DNA of 64,000 bases from Alphaproteobacteria bacterium (GCA_045633945.1 JAZQZH010000016.1:7620-71619), one strand, 5' to 3'; positions 7,343-18,415 are shown, counted from the stretch's first letter. Translations and numbers: made by a program. The notes: generated by a model not told the origin, from the sequence alone.

Positions 7343-10300
7343 ATGAAAGACCCCAAATTTGTGCATTTAAGAGTTCACACAGCATACTCTCTTGCTGAGG
7401 GGGCTATTATGCTTCCCAAACTTATGCATAAACTTCACGATATGGGTGTTCCAGCTATAGCCGTAACAGATAGTGCAAACATGTTTGGGGGTAAAGCTTT
7501 TTCCAAATATGCCGCAGATGAGGGTATAAAACCTATAATGGGCTGCCAATTTTTATTGCGAAATAAAGATTCAGACAACATTCTCCTATCAAAAGGTAAA
7601 GAATTAGATCCAGATAAAATTGTTTTACTCGTAATGAATAGCACTGGCTACGAAAATATTATGAAGCTAATGAAGCGTTTTTATCTAGACAACACCTCAA
7701 AAGGGTGGTCCCCTCAACTAACAATCGAAGACCTTAAAAATTATAATGAAGGTTTAATTGCTTTAACAGGCGGAACAGAAGGACCAATAGGTCGCCTACT
7801 TCTTGAAAATAGAAAACAAGAGGCCATAGATATTGCCACAAAACTAAAAGATATATTCAAAAACCGCTTATATATGGAAATATCAAGAATAGGCACAACC
7901 GACGAACAAAAAACAGAAGAAGATTTTATAAATATAGCTTATGAACATAATATTCCACTTGTAGCAACCAATGAAGTATTCTTCTTAAATGAAGAAATGT
8001 TCGAAGCTCACGATGCTCTTGTATGTATATCTGCAGGAGAATACGTTGCAAACGAAACAAGACGCCGTTTTTCCATTAATAACAGACTACGCACAGAAGA
8101 TGAGATGGTTGAGTTATTTCAAGACTTACCCGAAGCTCTAAACAACACTGTTCGCATTGCAAAATTATGTAATTATTTATCTAAAAAAGTTGATCCTCTT
8201 TTACCCATATTTGAGTGCCCAAATGGTAGAACACAAGACGAATTTATTACAGAAGAAGCATTCAATGGTCTTAATGATAGAATGCAAAAAGCAGTTTACC
8301 ACGATGGCTTAAGTAAAGAAGAACGTTTAGCTATTGATGAAAAATATTACAAACGCCTCGAGTACGAATTAAGCGTTATCAAAAAAATGGGATTCCCCGG
8401 ATATTTTCTAATCGTGTCAGATTTTATTAAATGGTCAAAAGCTCACGGAGTATCTGTTGGACCAGGACGTGGTTCTGGTGCTGGCTCCATTGTAGCATGG
8501 GCATTAAAAATTACCGAATTAGATCCAATAAAATTAGACTTACTTTTTGAGCGTTTCTTAAATCCAGAGCGTGTAAACATGCCTGACTTTGACGTGGACT
8601 TCTGCCAAGAAAACCGCTACAAAACTATCGAATACGTACAAGAAAAATATGGTTTTGATCATGTTGCACAAATCATAACCTATGGTAAATTACAATCCAA
8701 AGCCGTAATACGAGATGTTGCTCGTGTTCTTCAAATGCCATACTCACAAGCAGATAAAATATCAAAGATGATACCTGCTGGAGTTCAAGGCAAAAACCCC
8801 ACTCTTCCAGAAGCGTTAGAGCAAGTTCCTGAGCTTGAAGAAATGCGCCAAAATGACCCACAAGTAAACAAGCTATTTGAAATAGCAATTAAACTTGAAG
8901 GTTTATACCGTAACTCAGGTATGCATGCGGCTGGTGTCGTTATCGGAGATCGACCTCTAGAACAACTAGTACCATTATACAAAGACCCTAGAGCAGACAT
9001 GCCTGTTACCATGTATGATATGAAATATGTAGAAGAAACAGGTCTAATCAAGTTTGACTTTTTAGGCTTAAAAACCCTAACTGTAATCCAGCGAGCTATT
9101 GATTGGATAAAAATATCTCAAGGTATTGATGTTGACATGGAGACAATTCCTCTAGATGACGATGCCACCTATAAAATGCTACAAGACGGAAAAACCACCG
9201 CTGTCTTCCAATTCGAATCTGCTGGCATGAAAGATGTTCACAAACAAATAAAGCCAGACCGTTTTGAAGACTTAATAGCTATTGTATCATTATACCGTCC
9301 TGGCCCAATGGACAATATCCCAACATTTATTAAAAGAAAACACGGCGAAGAAGAAATTCAATATTTGCACCCAGCACTTGAGCCAATATTAAAAGAAACA
9401 TATGGCATCATGGTATACCAAGAACAGGTTATGATGATTGCTAGAGAGCTCGGTGGTTACACCATGGGTGGTGCAGATAAATTGCGTAAAGTAATGGGTA
9501 AAAAAATGCGTGATGAAATACCAAAACAACGCATAATGTTTACAGAAGGTGCCATAAAAAATGGCATAGATGAAGAAGTTGCAAAAAGCATTTTTGACCA
9601 AATGGAAAAATTTGCCTCTTACGGTTTTAACAAATCCCACGCAGCAGCATACTCTCTAGTTTCTTATCAAACCGCATACCTAAAAGCTCATTACCCTGTT
9701 GAGTTTATGTGTGCAGTTATGGATTTAGATATAACTAACACTGACAAACTTGCAACATTCAAAGCTGAATGCAAAGCTCTTGGTATTGATGTGCTAAAAC
9801 CAGACATAAATGAATCTCTCGCTAAATTTAGTGTTCAAAATGGCAAGCTAAGATACGCATTAGGTGCAATCAAAGGTGTTGGTGAAGCTAACATGAATGC
9901 TATCATAGAGGCTCGTAATAAAGGTGGAAAATTTAAAGACATTTCAGATTTCATAAATCGTGTAGATGCAAAACAACTAAACCGCAAACAGTTAGAACAA
10001 CTAATCAAAGCTGGTGCTTTTGACAGTATAGAACCTAAAAGAGGTAAATTATTTGCCAATATAGATACAATATTAAAAAACATATCATCTGCAACAGAAA
10101 TGAAAACAAGCTCACAAAGCTCTCTCTTCGGTGCAGAAGAATATTCTTCAAAAGTAAAGCTTTTTGATGCTCCAGACTGGCCTGATTTAGAAAAACTACG
10201 CATAGAAGCTGGGGCAATAGGTTTTTATATATCTGCTCACCCTCTAGATGTTTATCAAGACAGTATGAAAAAACTTGGAGTAAAAACTTGTTTTGAAGTA

Positions 10301-10816
10301 ATGTCGAACATCAAAGTTGGTGACAGCATAAAAGCCAATATAGCAGGATGCGTCGAAACATTCCAAAAAAGAATAAGCAAAAATGGCAATAAATATGCTT
10401 TTTTAAGCCTATCAGATACAACAGATAATTTCGAGGGAATGCTTTTTTCTGATGGATTAGCTAAATATGAAGATATAATAAATTCAGGCTGCCCATTATT
10501 AGTAAAAGTAACAATAAACAAACAAAACGAAGAAGAAAATCCTCGCATTATGATAAACAGTATAAAAACTATAGATGAAGCTATTGCTGAACAAGCAAAG
10601 GGTCTTATTATCACTGTATCAAATATTTCTGCAATAAAAGAGCTAAAGAAAATATTATATACAGATATGAGGGGAACAAACAAAGTATATATCGAACCAG
10701 AGCTTGATGAATGGGATGTTAGAATAGAAATTGAAGGAGGATTCGCATTTGCTGACAGTATGATGTTATCCAAACTCAAAAGCATCCCAGGAATATCATC
10801 AGTAAAAGAGTTTTAA
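7343..10816 (+). CDS. dnaE: DNA polymerase III alpha subunit
   Basis: 1157 aa. N-terminal PHP domain (FVHLRVHTAYSL), PDFDVDF catalytic motif, and a C-terminal region I take to be the OB fold. Confidence 0.97.
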   Translation: MKDPKFVHLRVHTAYSLAEGAIMLPKLMHKLHDMGVPAIAVTDSANMFGGKAFSKYAADEGIKPIMGCQFLLRNKDSDNILLSKGKELDPDKIVLLVMNSTGYENIMKLMKRFYLDNTSKGWSPQLTIEDLKNYNEGLIALTGGTEGPIGRLLLENRKQEAIDIATKLKDIFKNRLYMEISRIGTTDEQKTEEDFINIAYEHNIPLVATNEVFFLNEEMFEAHDALVCISAGEYVANETRRRFSINNRLRTEDEMVELFQDLPEALNNTVRIAKLCNYLSKKVDPLLPIFECPNGRTQDEFITEEAFNGLNDRMQKAVYHDGLSKEERLAIDEKYYKRLEYELSVIKKMGFPGYFLIVSDFIKWSKAHGVSVGPGRGSGAGSIVAWALKITELDPIKLDLLFERFLNPERVNMPDFDVDFCQENRYKTIEYVQEKYGFDHVAQIITYGKLQSKAVIRDVARVLQMPYSQADKISKMIPAGVQGKNPTLPEALEQVPELEEMRQNDPQVNKLFEIAIKLEGLYRNSGMHAAGVVIGDRPLEQLVPLYKDPRADMPVTMYDMKYVEETGLIKFDFLGLKTLTVIQRAIDWIKISQGIDVDMETIPLDDDATYKMLQDGKTTAVFQFESAGMKDVHKQIKPDRFEDLIAIVSLYRPGPMDNIPTFIKRKHGEEEIQYLHPALEPILKETYGIMVYQEQVMMIARELGGYTMGGADKLRKVMGKKMRDEIPKQRIMFTEGAIKNGIDEEVAKSIFDQMEKFASYGFNKSHAAAYSLVSYQTAYLKAHYPVEFMCAVMDLDITNTDKLATFKAECKALGIDVLKPDINESLAKFSVQNGKLRYALGAIKGVGEANMNAIIEARNKGGKFKDISDFINRVDAKQLNRKQLEQLIKAGAFDSIEPKRGKLFANIDTILKNISSATEMKTSSQSSLFGAEEYSSKVKLFDAPDWPDLEKLRIEAGAIGFYISAHPLDVYQDSMKKLGVKTCFEVMSNIKVGDSIKANIAGCVETFQKRISKNGNKYAFLSLSDTTDNFEGMLFSDGLAKYEDIINSGCPLLVKVTINKQNEEENPRIMINSIKTIDEAIAEQAKGLIITVSNISAIKELKKILYTDMRGTNKVYIEPELDEWDVRIEIEGGFAFADSMMLSKLKSIPGISSVKEF

Positions 10817-10829
10817 CAAGGAGTATATT

Positions 10830-11627
10830 ATGAAAAAAGATGATGAAAAAAATATAAGCATTCCTTTTTGGAAAGGGTTTATTTATCCATTTACTATAAT
10901 AAAAAATAACTCAAACATTTTTTTCACACTAACTGCTTTATTTGCTCTCACAACAGCAATATTTGCCTTAATCACCGGCAATAGTTCAGGCTGTAAATTT
11001 GGTGATGACTCAATGATATTTTGCTCAACATCTATATCCACCTTTATTATCTTTGCATTATTTTTCTTATTAGGAATAAGTTTGTATTCCAGCCGTATAT
11101 TGATGATTACCCAAAAACAAAAAACGCTAAAGGAAATGATAAAAGAATATTATCACCCAGAAGATACAAGAACCATAATAACCATAATATTAAATTGTCT
11201 TGCATGGGGTTGTATTGCTTACTGTGCATATACATTAGACACCCGAGTTCCAACACCAAATTTTTATGCTGAATTAATATACTTCTTATTCTTCTCTGGT
11301 ATCATAATATTGTGCTTTATATATTTACTAAATAACGTACTTTTATTGCGCTTCATAGAAGGAAAAAAATGGCTAAAACTAAACCAATCATTTTGGCCCA
11401 TTTTTGACAATTTAATCAAATTTATGCTTTGGCCTGTTTGTTATGCATTATTCTTCGGCTGGCTATCAAAAGCTCAGTTTTCATACACTCTTTCATTAAC
11501 GCCTCAATCAAATATCTTATTTTTTATATTTAACGATTTTATGTTATATTTTATAATATATTCAATATTTGCATTCTGGATTCTACACTTAGTTTATATT
11601 GAAAAAGAAATATTCAAAGAAGATTAG
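10830..11627 (+). CDS. hypothetical polytopic membrane protein
   Basis: 265-aa ORF 14 nt after dnaE with at least 6 hydrophobic helices. No family recognised. Its stop codon overlaps the sufD stop (convergent). Confidence 0.55.
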   Translation: MKKDDEKNISIPFWKGFIYPFTIIKNNSNIFFTLTALFALTTAIFALITGNSSGCKFGDDSMIFCSTSISTFIIFALFFLLGISLYSSRILMITQKQKTLKEMIKEYYHPEDTRTIITIILNCLAWGCIAYCAYTLDTRVPTPNFYAELIYFLFFSGIIILCFIYLLNNVLLLRFIEGKKWLKLNQSFWPIFDNLIKFMLWPVCYALFFGWLSKAQFSYTLSLTPQSNILFFIFNDFMLYFIIYSIFAFWILHLVYIEKEIFKED

Positions 11628-12865
11628 AATTCAAATAATTTTCTAATTTCATTATTATCAATATAAGATAAAATTTCTTCCAAATGCGCATCTATTAACA
11701 TCTTAGTTGCGCATTCTTTTTCTATCCCTCTAGACATCAAATAAAACAACTGCTCTTTGTCAATTTCACCACAACTAGCACCATGAGAGCACTTAACATC
11801 ATCTGCATAAATTTCCAATTCCGGTTTACAATTTAACTCAGCATTATCACCAAGATAAAGAGCTTTGTGCAACTGATTGCCAACAACTTTAACAGCATTT
11901 TTATCGATTCTAACCTTACCTTGAAAAGTGGCTCTAGATTCACCTTCAAGAACAGCCTTTACCACTTGATTAGAATACGTCTCTAAAACATTGTGATTAA
12001 CATTCGTTGTAATATCTGTTAAACAATCTTTTTTAGCAATATATGCTGAAAATATTTGAGCACTAGCTCCAACATTTTCCATATTTATCAATGTTTCATT
12101 ACGAGCAATTTTTGCTCCATCAGATAAGTAATACTGCGTATATTTTGCATCTTTTTGCGCTTTAACAGCATTAAACGAAATATGATAAGATTTTACACTT
12201 TCTCTTTGTGTTTTATAATGTTTTAAATCACTTTTTTCCTTCAAATATATTTCATTAACCAAATTAATAAAATATCTATTATTATCATCCGAATAACAAC
12301 ACTCAACAACCTCTAATTTAGATTTTTTTCCAAGCATAATAAGATTGTGCACATTAAGCATTACATCTAAAGCGTGACAATTTTTATAGGAAATTTTTAT
12401 AGGTTTTTCGCAATTTACATTATCGTCAACTTCAATACAAACTCCCTGCTCCAAATACACTCCGTTTAGTGCAGCAAAAGAATGTTCTTCAAGATCAAAA
12501 GCATTAAAAATATTTTTTTTATATTCATCTTCAAACAATGCTTCCACTAAGGAAACAACTCTCACCCCTTTAGGTAAATCATATTCCTCAATATGCAAAA
12601 CGCCTTTACAAAAATTCAATTCTACAAAAAAAACATCTTTTTTTGCACCACAACAACAGTGATTAGCACACACATCTTCTGCCTTAGAAATAGCAAAATC
12701 ACCATTTAAAATTTCTCTAACATCTGTATATTTAAATTCTTCTGTTTTTCTGTTAGGAAATCCTTTTTGCAAAAGAGCCTTCTTCGCCCTATCCCTCAAA
12801 GCAAAAACACTTGGCTTATCATCTAAAAACAGATTAGCATTTTTTATCAAAGGAAACTCATTCAT
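11624..12865 (-). CDS. sufD: Fe-S cluster assembly protein SufD
   Basis: C-terminal KCSHGASCGEIDKEQLFYLMSRGI motif typical of SufB/SufD. 413 aa, directly downstream of sufC. Confidence 0.85.
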   Translation of the reverse strand: MNEFPLIKNANLFLDDKPSVFALRDRAKKALLQKGFPNRKTEEFKYTDVREILNGDFAISKAEDVCANHCCCGAKKDVFFVELNFCKGVLHIEEYDLPKGVRVVSLVEALFEDEYKKNIFNAFDLEEHSFAALNGVYLEQGVCIEVDDNVNCEKPIKISYKNCHALDVMLNVHNLIMLGKKSKLEVVECCYSDDNNRYFINLVNEIYLKEKSDLKHYKTQRESVKSYHISFNAVKAQKDAKYTQYYLSDGAKIARNETLINMENVGASAQIFSAYIAKKDCLTDITTNVNHNVLETYSNQVVKAVLEGESRATFQGKVRIDKNAVKVVGNQLHKALYLGDNAELNCKPELEIYADDVKCSHGASCGEIDKEQLFYLMSRGIEKECATKMLIDAHLEEILSYIDNNEIRKLFEF

Positions 12866-12868
12866 TTT

Positions 12869-13624
12869 TTAGTCTTTCAAAAAAGAAGAATAACCACTTT
12901 TCTCTAACTCTAAAGCAAGAGACTTATCTCCTGTTTTAATTATTCTTCCATCAGCAAAAATATGAATAACATCTGGCACAATATAAGACAACAATCTTTG
13001 ATAGTGAGTTATAACCAAAAAAGCATTCTCGCTATTTCTAAGCGCATTAACACCTTCAGATACAATCCTTAATGCATCAATATCCAACCCAGAATCTATC
13101 TCATCTAAAATAGCAAAACTAGGTTTAAGCAAAGCCATTTGAAGAGTTTCAAAACGCTTCTTTTCACCACCAGAAAAACCAACATTCACAAAACGCTTCA
13201 ACATATCTTGGCTAATACCAAGAGTTTCTGCCTCTTTTCTTAAGAGCTTCATAAAACCTAAAGTATCAAGCTCTTCTTCTCCTTTATGTTTTTTAATAGC
13301 ATTAAGAGAGTGCTTTAAAAAGTTAGAAACAACCACTCCTGGAATTTCTGTTGGATATTGCATAGATAAAAATAAACCTTCGCGAGCCCTTTCTTCTATA
13401 CTCATTTCAAGAATATTCTTACCCTTAAAAATAATCTCACCATCTGTAACAGTATACCCCTCTTTACCACTTAAAACATAAGATAAAGAAGACTTTCCTG
13501 CACCATTTGGCCCCATTATAGCATGAACCTCGCCAGCATTAATAACCAAATCAAGCCCTTTTATTATCTCCTTTTCTCCAACGCTAGCATGAAGATTTTT
13601 TATTTCTAACAAAGCACTCGCCAT
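12869..13624 (-). CDS. sufC: Fe-S cluster assembly ATPase SufC
   Basis: ABC ATPase with Walker A GPNGAGKSS, signature FSGGEKKR and Walker B ILDEIDSGLD; 251 aa. Confidence 0.93.
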   Translation of the reverse strand: MASALLEIKNLHASVGEKEIIKGLDLVINAGEVHAIMGPNGAGKSSLSYVLSGKEGYTVTDGEIIFKGKNILEMSIEERAREGLFLSMQYPTEIPGVVVSNFLKHSLNAIKKHKGEEELDTLGFMKLLRKEAETLGISQDMLKRFVNVGFSGGEKKRFETLQMALLKPSFAILDEIDSGLDIDALRIVSEGVNALRNSENAFLVITHYQRLLSYIVPDVIHIFADGRIIKTGDKSLALELEKSGYSSFLKD

Positions 13625-13633
13625 TTTTTATTC

Positions 13634-16330
13634 CTATACTACTTTACCATGACAATGTTTAAACTTTTTACCGCTACCACAAGGGCATGGACTATTTCTT
13701 GAAACATTATTCCATTCAGGATGTATTACTTTTTCTACATTATCAATTGTTTTATTTTCAGGAGCAACAGCTTCATTTAAAGACTCATGAACAGCATTCA
13801 TTTTTTGATTTTGCCTATGCTGTTCTTGCTCCCTAATATCTTTGTCACTACTTTGTTGGATAACCGCTCTACATGTAAGAATAGCAACTTTTTCCTTAAT
13901 TAAATCCAACATATCAGAAAACATATTAAATGCTTCTTTTTTGTATTCATTAAGGGGATCTTTCTGTCCATATGCTCTAAGAACAATAGTATGCCTCATC
14001 ATATCAAGTGTAGCAATATGCTCTTTCCATAGTTGATCAAGAGTTTGTAATACTATACTTTTTTCAACCATACAAATAATTTCACTAGGAACACCCTCGT
14101 GTTTTTGCATAATATTTTTATCAACTTCTGCAACAACAAGCTCTAACATATCTTCACTATCTATTGCCGGTCTCTTTACCCACTCATCAACAGGAAGAAT
14201 CATGCCTGTAACAGCAAACACATCTTGTTTAAGTCCCGTTAAGTTCCATTCTTCTGGCGCAGACCCCATAACGATATTATTATTTACAATAGCTCGTAAA
14301 TAATCATGACGCATACCAACAACTGTATCAGATACATCACTAATAGACATAAGTTCTTTACGTTGTTCATAAATAACCTTGCGCTGATCATTCATCACAT
14401 TATCATATTTTAATAAACTCTTTCTATAATCAAAGTTACGCTCTTCAACTTTTTGTTGAGCCTTTTCTAGTGCCTTACTAATAAAAGGATGAACTAAAGC
14501 CTCACCTTCTGGCAATCCTAAGCGTTTTAACATATCAGACATGCGCTCAGAACCAAAAATTCTCATTAAATCATCTTCTAAAGATAAGAAAAACTTAGAA
14601 CAACCTGGGTCACCTTGACGACCAGAACGCCCCCTAAGCTGATTATCGATTCGTCTACTTTCATGGCGCTCTGTTCCTAAGATATACAAACCACCCGCTT
14701 CCAAAACTTTTTTCTTATTTTCTAAAACTTCATTCTCTACTTCTTCTTTTATAGCTTTAATTTCTTCTTCTGTTTCATTACCCAAAAGACGCTTTTTTAA
14801 TCTCAAAGTAGGGTTGCCACCAAGCTGAATATCAGTACCACGACCAGCCATATTAGTCGCAATAGTTACCGCACCAAATCTCCCTGCCTCAGCAACAATA
14901 ACCGCTTCTCTCTCATGATGCTTTGCATTCAATACTTCAAACTTAATATCAGTTTGTGTGCTTAACAAATGAGCAATAATTTCTGACTTCTCAACAGATG
15001 TTGTACCAACCAAAACAGGTTGCCCCTTAGCATGGCACTCTTTAATTGTATCCAAAATAGCCTTATACTTTTCTTTTTCTGTTCTATAAATACAATCATT
15101 TTCATCAACGCGCAAAATCGGTCGATTCGTTGGTATTTCTACACTAGATAAATTATAAATATCAGAAAACTCAGCCTCTTCCGTCATTGCTGTACCTGTC
15201 ATACCTGCAAGCTTTGGATACAAACGGAAATAGTTTTGAAAAGTAATAGAAGCAAGTGTTTGGTTTTCAGATTGTATCTCAACCCCTTCTTTAGCCTCTA
15301 ACGCCTGATGTAATCCATCACTATATCTTCTACCTTCCATAATACGACCAGTAAACTCATCAATAATCATAACTTTACCGTCACGCACCAAATAATCTAC
15401 ATCTCTAACAAACATCACATTAGCGCGCAAAGCTTGATTTACATGATTAACAAGAGGCACATTCTTAATATCATACAAACCTCCCTCAGCAATCAAACCT
15501 GCATCCTTTAAAAGCTTTTCTACGTGTTCCATACCAACTTCGGTAAGAGTAACGTTTTTACTTTTTTCATCTTTTTCAAAATCAGATGCAGCAATATCTT
15601 TAATAATTCTATCAACTAACACATATTTCTCTGATGAATCTTCTGCAGCGCCAGATATAATAAGAGGCGTTCTTGCCTCATCTATTAAAATAGAATCCAC
15701 TTCATCAACTATAGCAAAATTAAAATCTCTTTGAACACGCTCTTCCAAAGAAAATTTCATATTATCACGCAAATAGTCAAAACCCAACTCATTATTAGTA
15801 CCATATGTAACATCTGCATTATATGCAATTTTACGCTCTTCATCATCTTTTTCATGAACAATATAATCAACACTCAAACCCAAAAAGCGATAAACTTGTC
15901 CCATCCATTCAGCATCACGTTTAGCAAGATAATCATTTACAGTAACAACATGTACACCTTTTTGCTCTATAGCATTTAAATATGCCGCCAATGTCGCAAC
16001 AAGTGTTTTACCTTCACCTGTTTTCATTTCAGAAATCATACCATTGTGCAACACAATACCACCAATAAGCTGAACATCATAGTGTCTTTGTCCTAGTGTT
16101 CTTTTAGCAGCCTCACGCACTGTTGCAAAAGCTTCAGGCAAAATATCATCAAGAGTCTCACCTTCTTTTAAGCGAGAACGGAACTCTACTGTCTTATTCT
16201 TCAACTCTTCATCAGAAAGTCTTGAAAAAAGCTCTTCAAGAGCATTAATTTTTTCAACTATTTTATGCTGTTTTTTCACAAAGCGATCATTTGCTGACCC
16301 AAAAATTTTACGTACAATACTTGTTAACAT
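13634..16330 (-). CDS. secA: preprotein translocase ATPase SecA
   Basis: 898 aa. MKTGEGKTL Walker A, DEAD-like [20 protein letters not shown]-terminal zinc motif [14 protein letters not shown]. Confidence 0.98.
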   Translation of the reverse strand: MLTSIVRKIFGSANDRFVKKQHKIVEKINALEELFSRLSDEELKNKTVEFRSRLKEGETLDDILPEAFATVREAAKRTLGQRHYDVQLIGGIVLHNGMISEMKTGEGKTLVATLAAYLNAIEQKGVHVVTVNDYLAKRDAEWMGQVYRFLGLSVDYIVHEKDDEERKIAYNADVTYGTNNELGFDYLRDNMKFSLEERVQRDFNFAIVDEVDSILIDEARTPLIISGAAEDSSEKYVLVDRIIKDIAASDFEKDEKSKNVTLTEVGMEHVEKLLKDAGLIAEGGLYDIKNVPLVNHVNQALRANVMFVRDVDYLVRDGKVMIIDEFTGRIMEGRRYSDGLHQALEAKEGVEIQSENQTLASITFQNYFRLYPKLAGMTGTAMTEEAEFSDIYNLSSVEIPTNRPILRVDENDCIYRTEKEKYKAILDTIKECHAKGQPVLVGTTSVEKSEIIAHLLSTQTDIKFEVLNAKHHEREAVIVAEAGRFGAVTIATNMAGRGTDIQLGGNPTLRLKKRLLGNETEEEIKAIKEEVENEVLENKKKVLEAGGLYILGTERHESRRIDNQLRGRSGRQGDPGCSKFFLSLEDDLMRIFGSERMSDMLKRLGLPEGEALVHPFISKALEKAQQKVEERNFDYRKSLLKYDNVMNDQRKVIYEQRKELMSISDVSDTVVGMRHDYLRAIVNNNIVMGSAPEEWNLTGLKQDVFAVTGMILPVDEWVKRPAIDSEDMLELVVAEVDKNIMQKHEGVPSEIICMVEKSIVLQTLDQLWKEHIATLDMMRHTIVLRAYGQKDPLNEYKKEAFNMFSDMLDLIKEKVAILTCRAVIQQSSDKDIREQEQHRQNQKMNAVHESLNEAVAPENKTIDNVEKVIHPEWNNVSRNSPCPCGSGKKFKHCHGKVV

Positions 16331-16499
16331 CTCTTTACCTTAAATATTTTATCATTATGCTACATTTAGTGTTTATATGAAATAAAGTCAATACTATCAA
16401 CAAAAGTTATAAACTCAATAAAAAAATACTTGGAATATTTTATAAATAAGTATATATGACTATATGAGAAATCTAATTTTTTTTATTTTGGAGGTATTT

Positions 16500-17351
16500 A
16501 TGAAAAAAAGACTATTTGGTTTTGTAATCACAGCCGTTGCTGTTGTGGTTGTTGCAGTGGCCTCTTTTGTATCTTTTAAAGTATACAACGCAAACGCTGG
16601 GTCAAACAAAGGCATCGCTGCAAAAATTAACGGTGAAACCATTTATATTAACGATTTAAAACAAAGTTATGCAGATCACCCACAAATTAAAGACAAAGTT
16701 CCTTTTGAAGAGTTTTATGCAAAAACTTTAGATGTTTTTGTAAATTCTAAACTAGTTTACCAAGCAGCAAAAGAAGCAAAAATAGAAGAAACACCAGAAT
16801 TTAATCGTCAGCTAGTTACAGCAAAAGAAGACCTTGCTCGCAAATTATATCTCGAAAAACAAGTTGCAGAAAAAGTAACAGATGCTGAAATAAAAAAATT
16901 ATATGACGAATATACATCTAAATTTGAAAGCCAAAAAGAAGTTAAAGCAAAACACATTTTGGTAGATTCTGAAGCAACCGCAAAAGAAGTTATCAACAAA
17001 CTTAAAAAAGGTGAAGACTTCTTAAAACTTGCCAAAGAATATTCAAAAGATCAAGTAGCTGACCTAGGTTACTTCACAGCAGAAATGATGGTTCCAGAAT
17101 TTTCTAAAGCAGCATTTTCTATGAATAAAGGCGAATATTCTAAACAACCTGTAAAAACAGAGTTTGGATATCATGTTATTTTGGTTGACGATGCTAGAGC
17201 TTCAAAACCATTAGAGATCAAAGATATCGAACCTCAACTAAAAAATATGGTAACACAAAAAGTTGTTGCTGAAATATTTGACAATTTACGCAACTCTGCA
17301 AAAATTGAAAGATATACTTTAGAAGGTGAAATTATTCCTGAAAAGAAATAG
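16500..17351 (+). CDS. parvulin-type peptidyl-prolyl isomerase (PpiC/SurA-like), membrane-anchored or secreted
   Basis: Parvulin core AKHILV...GDLGYF-type...FGYHVILV. I prefer the ATG at 16500 (GGAGG at 16490-16494) over the track start at 16464. Confidence 0.85.
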   Translation: MKKRLFGFVITAVAVVVVAVASFVSFKVYNANAGSNKGIAAKINGETIYINDLKQSYADHPQIKDKVPFEEFYAKTLDVFVNSKLVYQAAKEAKIEETPEFNRQLVTAKEDLARKLYLEKQVAEKVTDAEIKKLYDEYTSKFESQKEVKAKHILVDSEATAKEVINKLKKGEDFLKLAKEYSKDQVADLGYFTAEMMVPEFSKAAFSMNKGEYSKQPVKTEFGYHVILVDDARASKPLEIKDIEPQLKNMVTQKVVAEIFDNLRNSAKIERYTLEGEIIPEKK

Positions 17352-17409
17352 CTTTCAAACATTATACAAAAGCCTCGTTTCTACGGGGCTTTTTTTGTAC
17401 AAAAAACTC

Positions 17410-17438
17410 TTGATTTTAAAAACAAATTAATATATAAA
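17410..17438 (+). promoter_or_regulatory. candidate sigma70-type promoter of rplY-pth
   Basis: TTGATT, 17-nt spacer, TATAAA, located after the ppiC-like gene terminator. AT-rich context makes chance matches common. Confidence 0.35.
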
Positions 17439-17448
17439 CCTATAAGAC

Positions 17449-17480
17449 CCAACAACACCCCTGGAGGTTGTTGGTTTTTT
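17449..17480 (+). promoter_or_regulatory. terminator-like hairpin plus U-run inside the rplY 5' leader (possible attenuator)
   Basis: CCAACAAC (17449-17456) pairs with GTTGTTGG (17467-17474). 10-nt loop, T6 at 17475-17480, 24 nt before the rplY ATG. Confidence 0.4.
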
Positions 17481-17503
17481 AACAAATATATAAGGATAAA
17501 AAA

Positions 17504-17794
17504 ATGTCAAATATTACATTTAATGCAAATTTACGTGAAAAAGCAGGTAAGGGGGCAGCTCGTGCATGTCGTAGAGAAGGTCGCGTTCCTGCTGTTGTTT
17601 ATGGTAACAAACAAGAAGCTGTTAACATCAGCTTACACCCTGTTGAGCTTGAAAAAGCACTCAACTTAAGAGACTTCTACAAATCTGACATTACTATCAG
17701 CGTTGATGGCAAAACAGAAACAGTTATCTGTAAAGATGTACAATTTCATCCTGTATCAGATATGCCTGTTCATGTTGACTTCTTGCGCAAATAG
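17504..17794 (+). CDS. rplY: 50S ribosomal protein L25, short form (N-terminal domain only)
   Basis: 96 aa. G(K)GAAR..RREGRVPAVVYG motif of L25/Ctc. Immediately upstream of pth, as in the conserved rplY-pth pair. Confidence 0.88.
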   Translation: MSNITFNANLREKAGKGAARACRREGRVPAVVYGNKQEAVNISLHPVELEKALNLRDFYKSDITISVDGKTETVICKDVQFHPVSDMPVHVDFLRK

Positions 17795-17803
17795 GAAAAA
17801 GAT

Positions 17804-18376
17804 ATGTTTTTAGTGGTTGGTCTTGGAAATCCTGGTGAGGAATATTCTAAAACACGCCACAATATTGGTTTTATGGCGGCTGATGAAATTCACAGCCGCT
17901 ATAACTTCACCCCATTTAAATCAAAGTTTGATGGGCTTATTTCTGAGGGTGTAATTGATAACACCAAAACTATAATATTAAAACCACAAACATACATGAA
18001 CCTTTCAGGAAATTCCGTACAAAAAGTAGCAAAATTTTACAAAATACCATCTGAAAATATTATTGTAATACACGACGACAAAGACCTAGCTCTCGGAAAA
18101 TTAAAAGCAAAAAAAGGCGGAGGAGCTGGTGGTCACAATGGATTAAAAAATATCGATTCGCAAATTGGTGTAGAATATAATAGAATTCGAATAGGAGTTG
18201 GTTCACCCAAAGAACACAACACCGACACGATCAGCTTTGTGCTATCTCGCTTTAACAAAACAGAGATGGAAATTTTAAATCCTCAAATAGATTTCATCGC
18301 CTCAACAATTAAAGAACTAATAAACAAAGGCGTAGATTGCTATTCAAACATAATAGGGATGCACAACAATAAATAG
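17804..18376 (+). CDS. pth: peptidyl-tRNA hydrolase
   Basis: LVVGLGNPG..Y..TRHNIGF N-terminal signature and HNGLKNI motif. Confidence 0.95.
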   Translation: MFLVVGLGNPGEEYSKTRHNIGFMAADEIHSRYNFTPFKSKFDGLISEGVIDNTKTIILKPQTYMNLSGNSVQKVAKFYKIPSENIIVIHDDKDLALGKLKAKKGGGAGGHNGLKNIDSQIGVEYNRIRIGVGSPKEHNTDTISFVLSRFNKTEMEILNPQIDFIASTIKELINKGVDCYSNIIGMHNNK

Positions 18377-18415
18377 ACAATTAAAAAAATTATTATAAAC
18401 CTAAAACAATTATTT

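Noticed and set aside
10255-10785. 176-aa minus-strand ORF, plus several 60-122-aa ORFs on either strand, inside dnaE
   Set aside because: It lies entirely antisense to a well-supported 1157-aa dnaE. The composition is low-complexity Ser/Ile/Phe-rich, typical of shadow frames in AT-rich coding DNA.
16464-16499. N-terminal extensions offered by the ORF track (16464, 30941 TTG, 43277 TTG, 54323, 33862, 50021, 45321)
   Set aside because: In each case an internal ATG has a better-placed RBS or gives the canonical family N-terminus, signal peptide or lipobox. I used the shorter coordinates.
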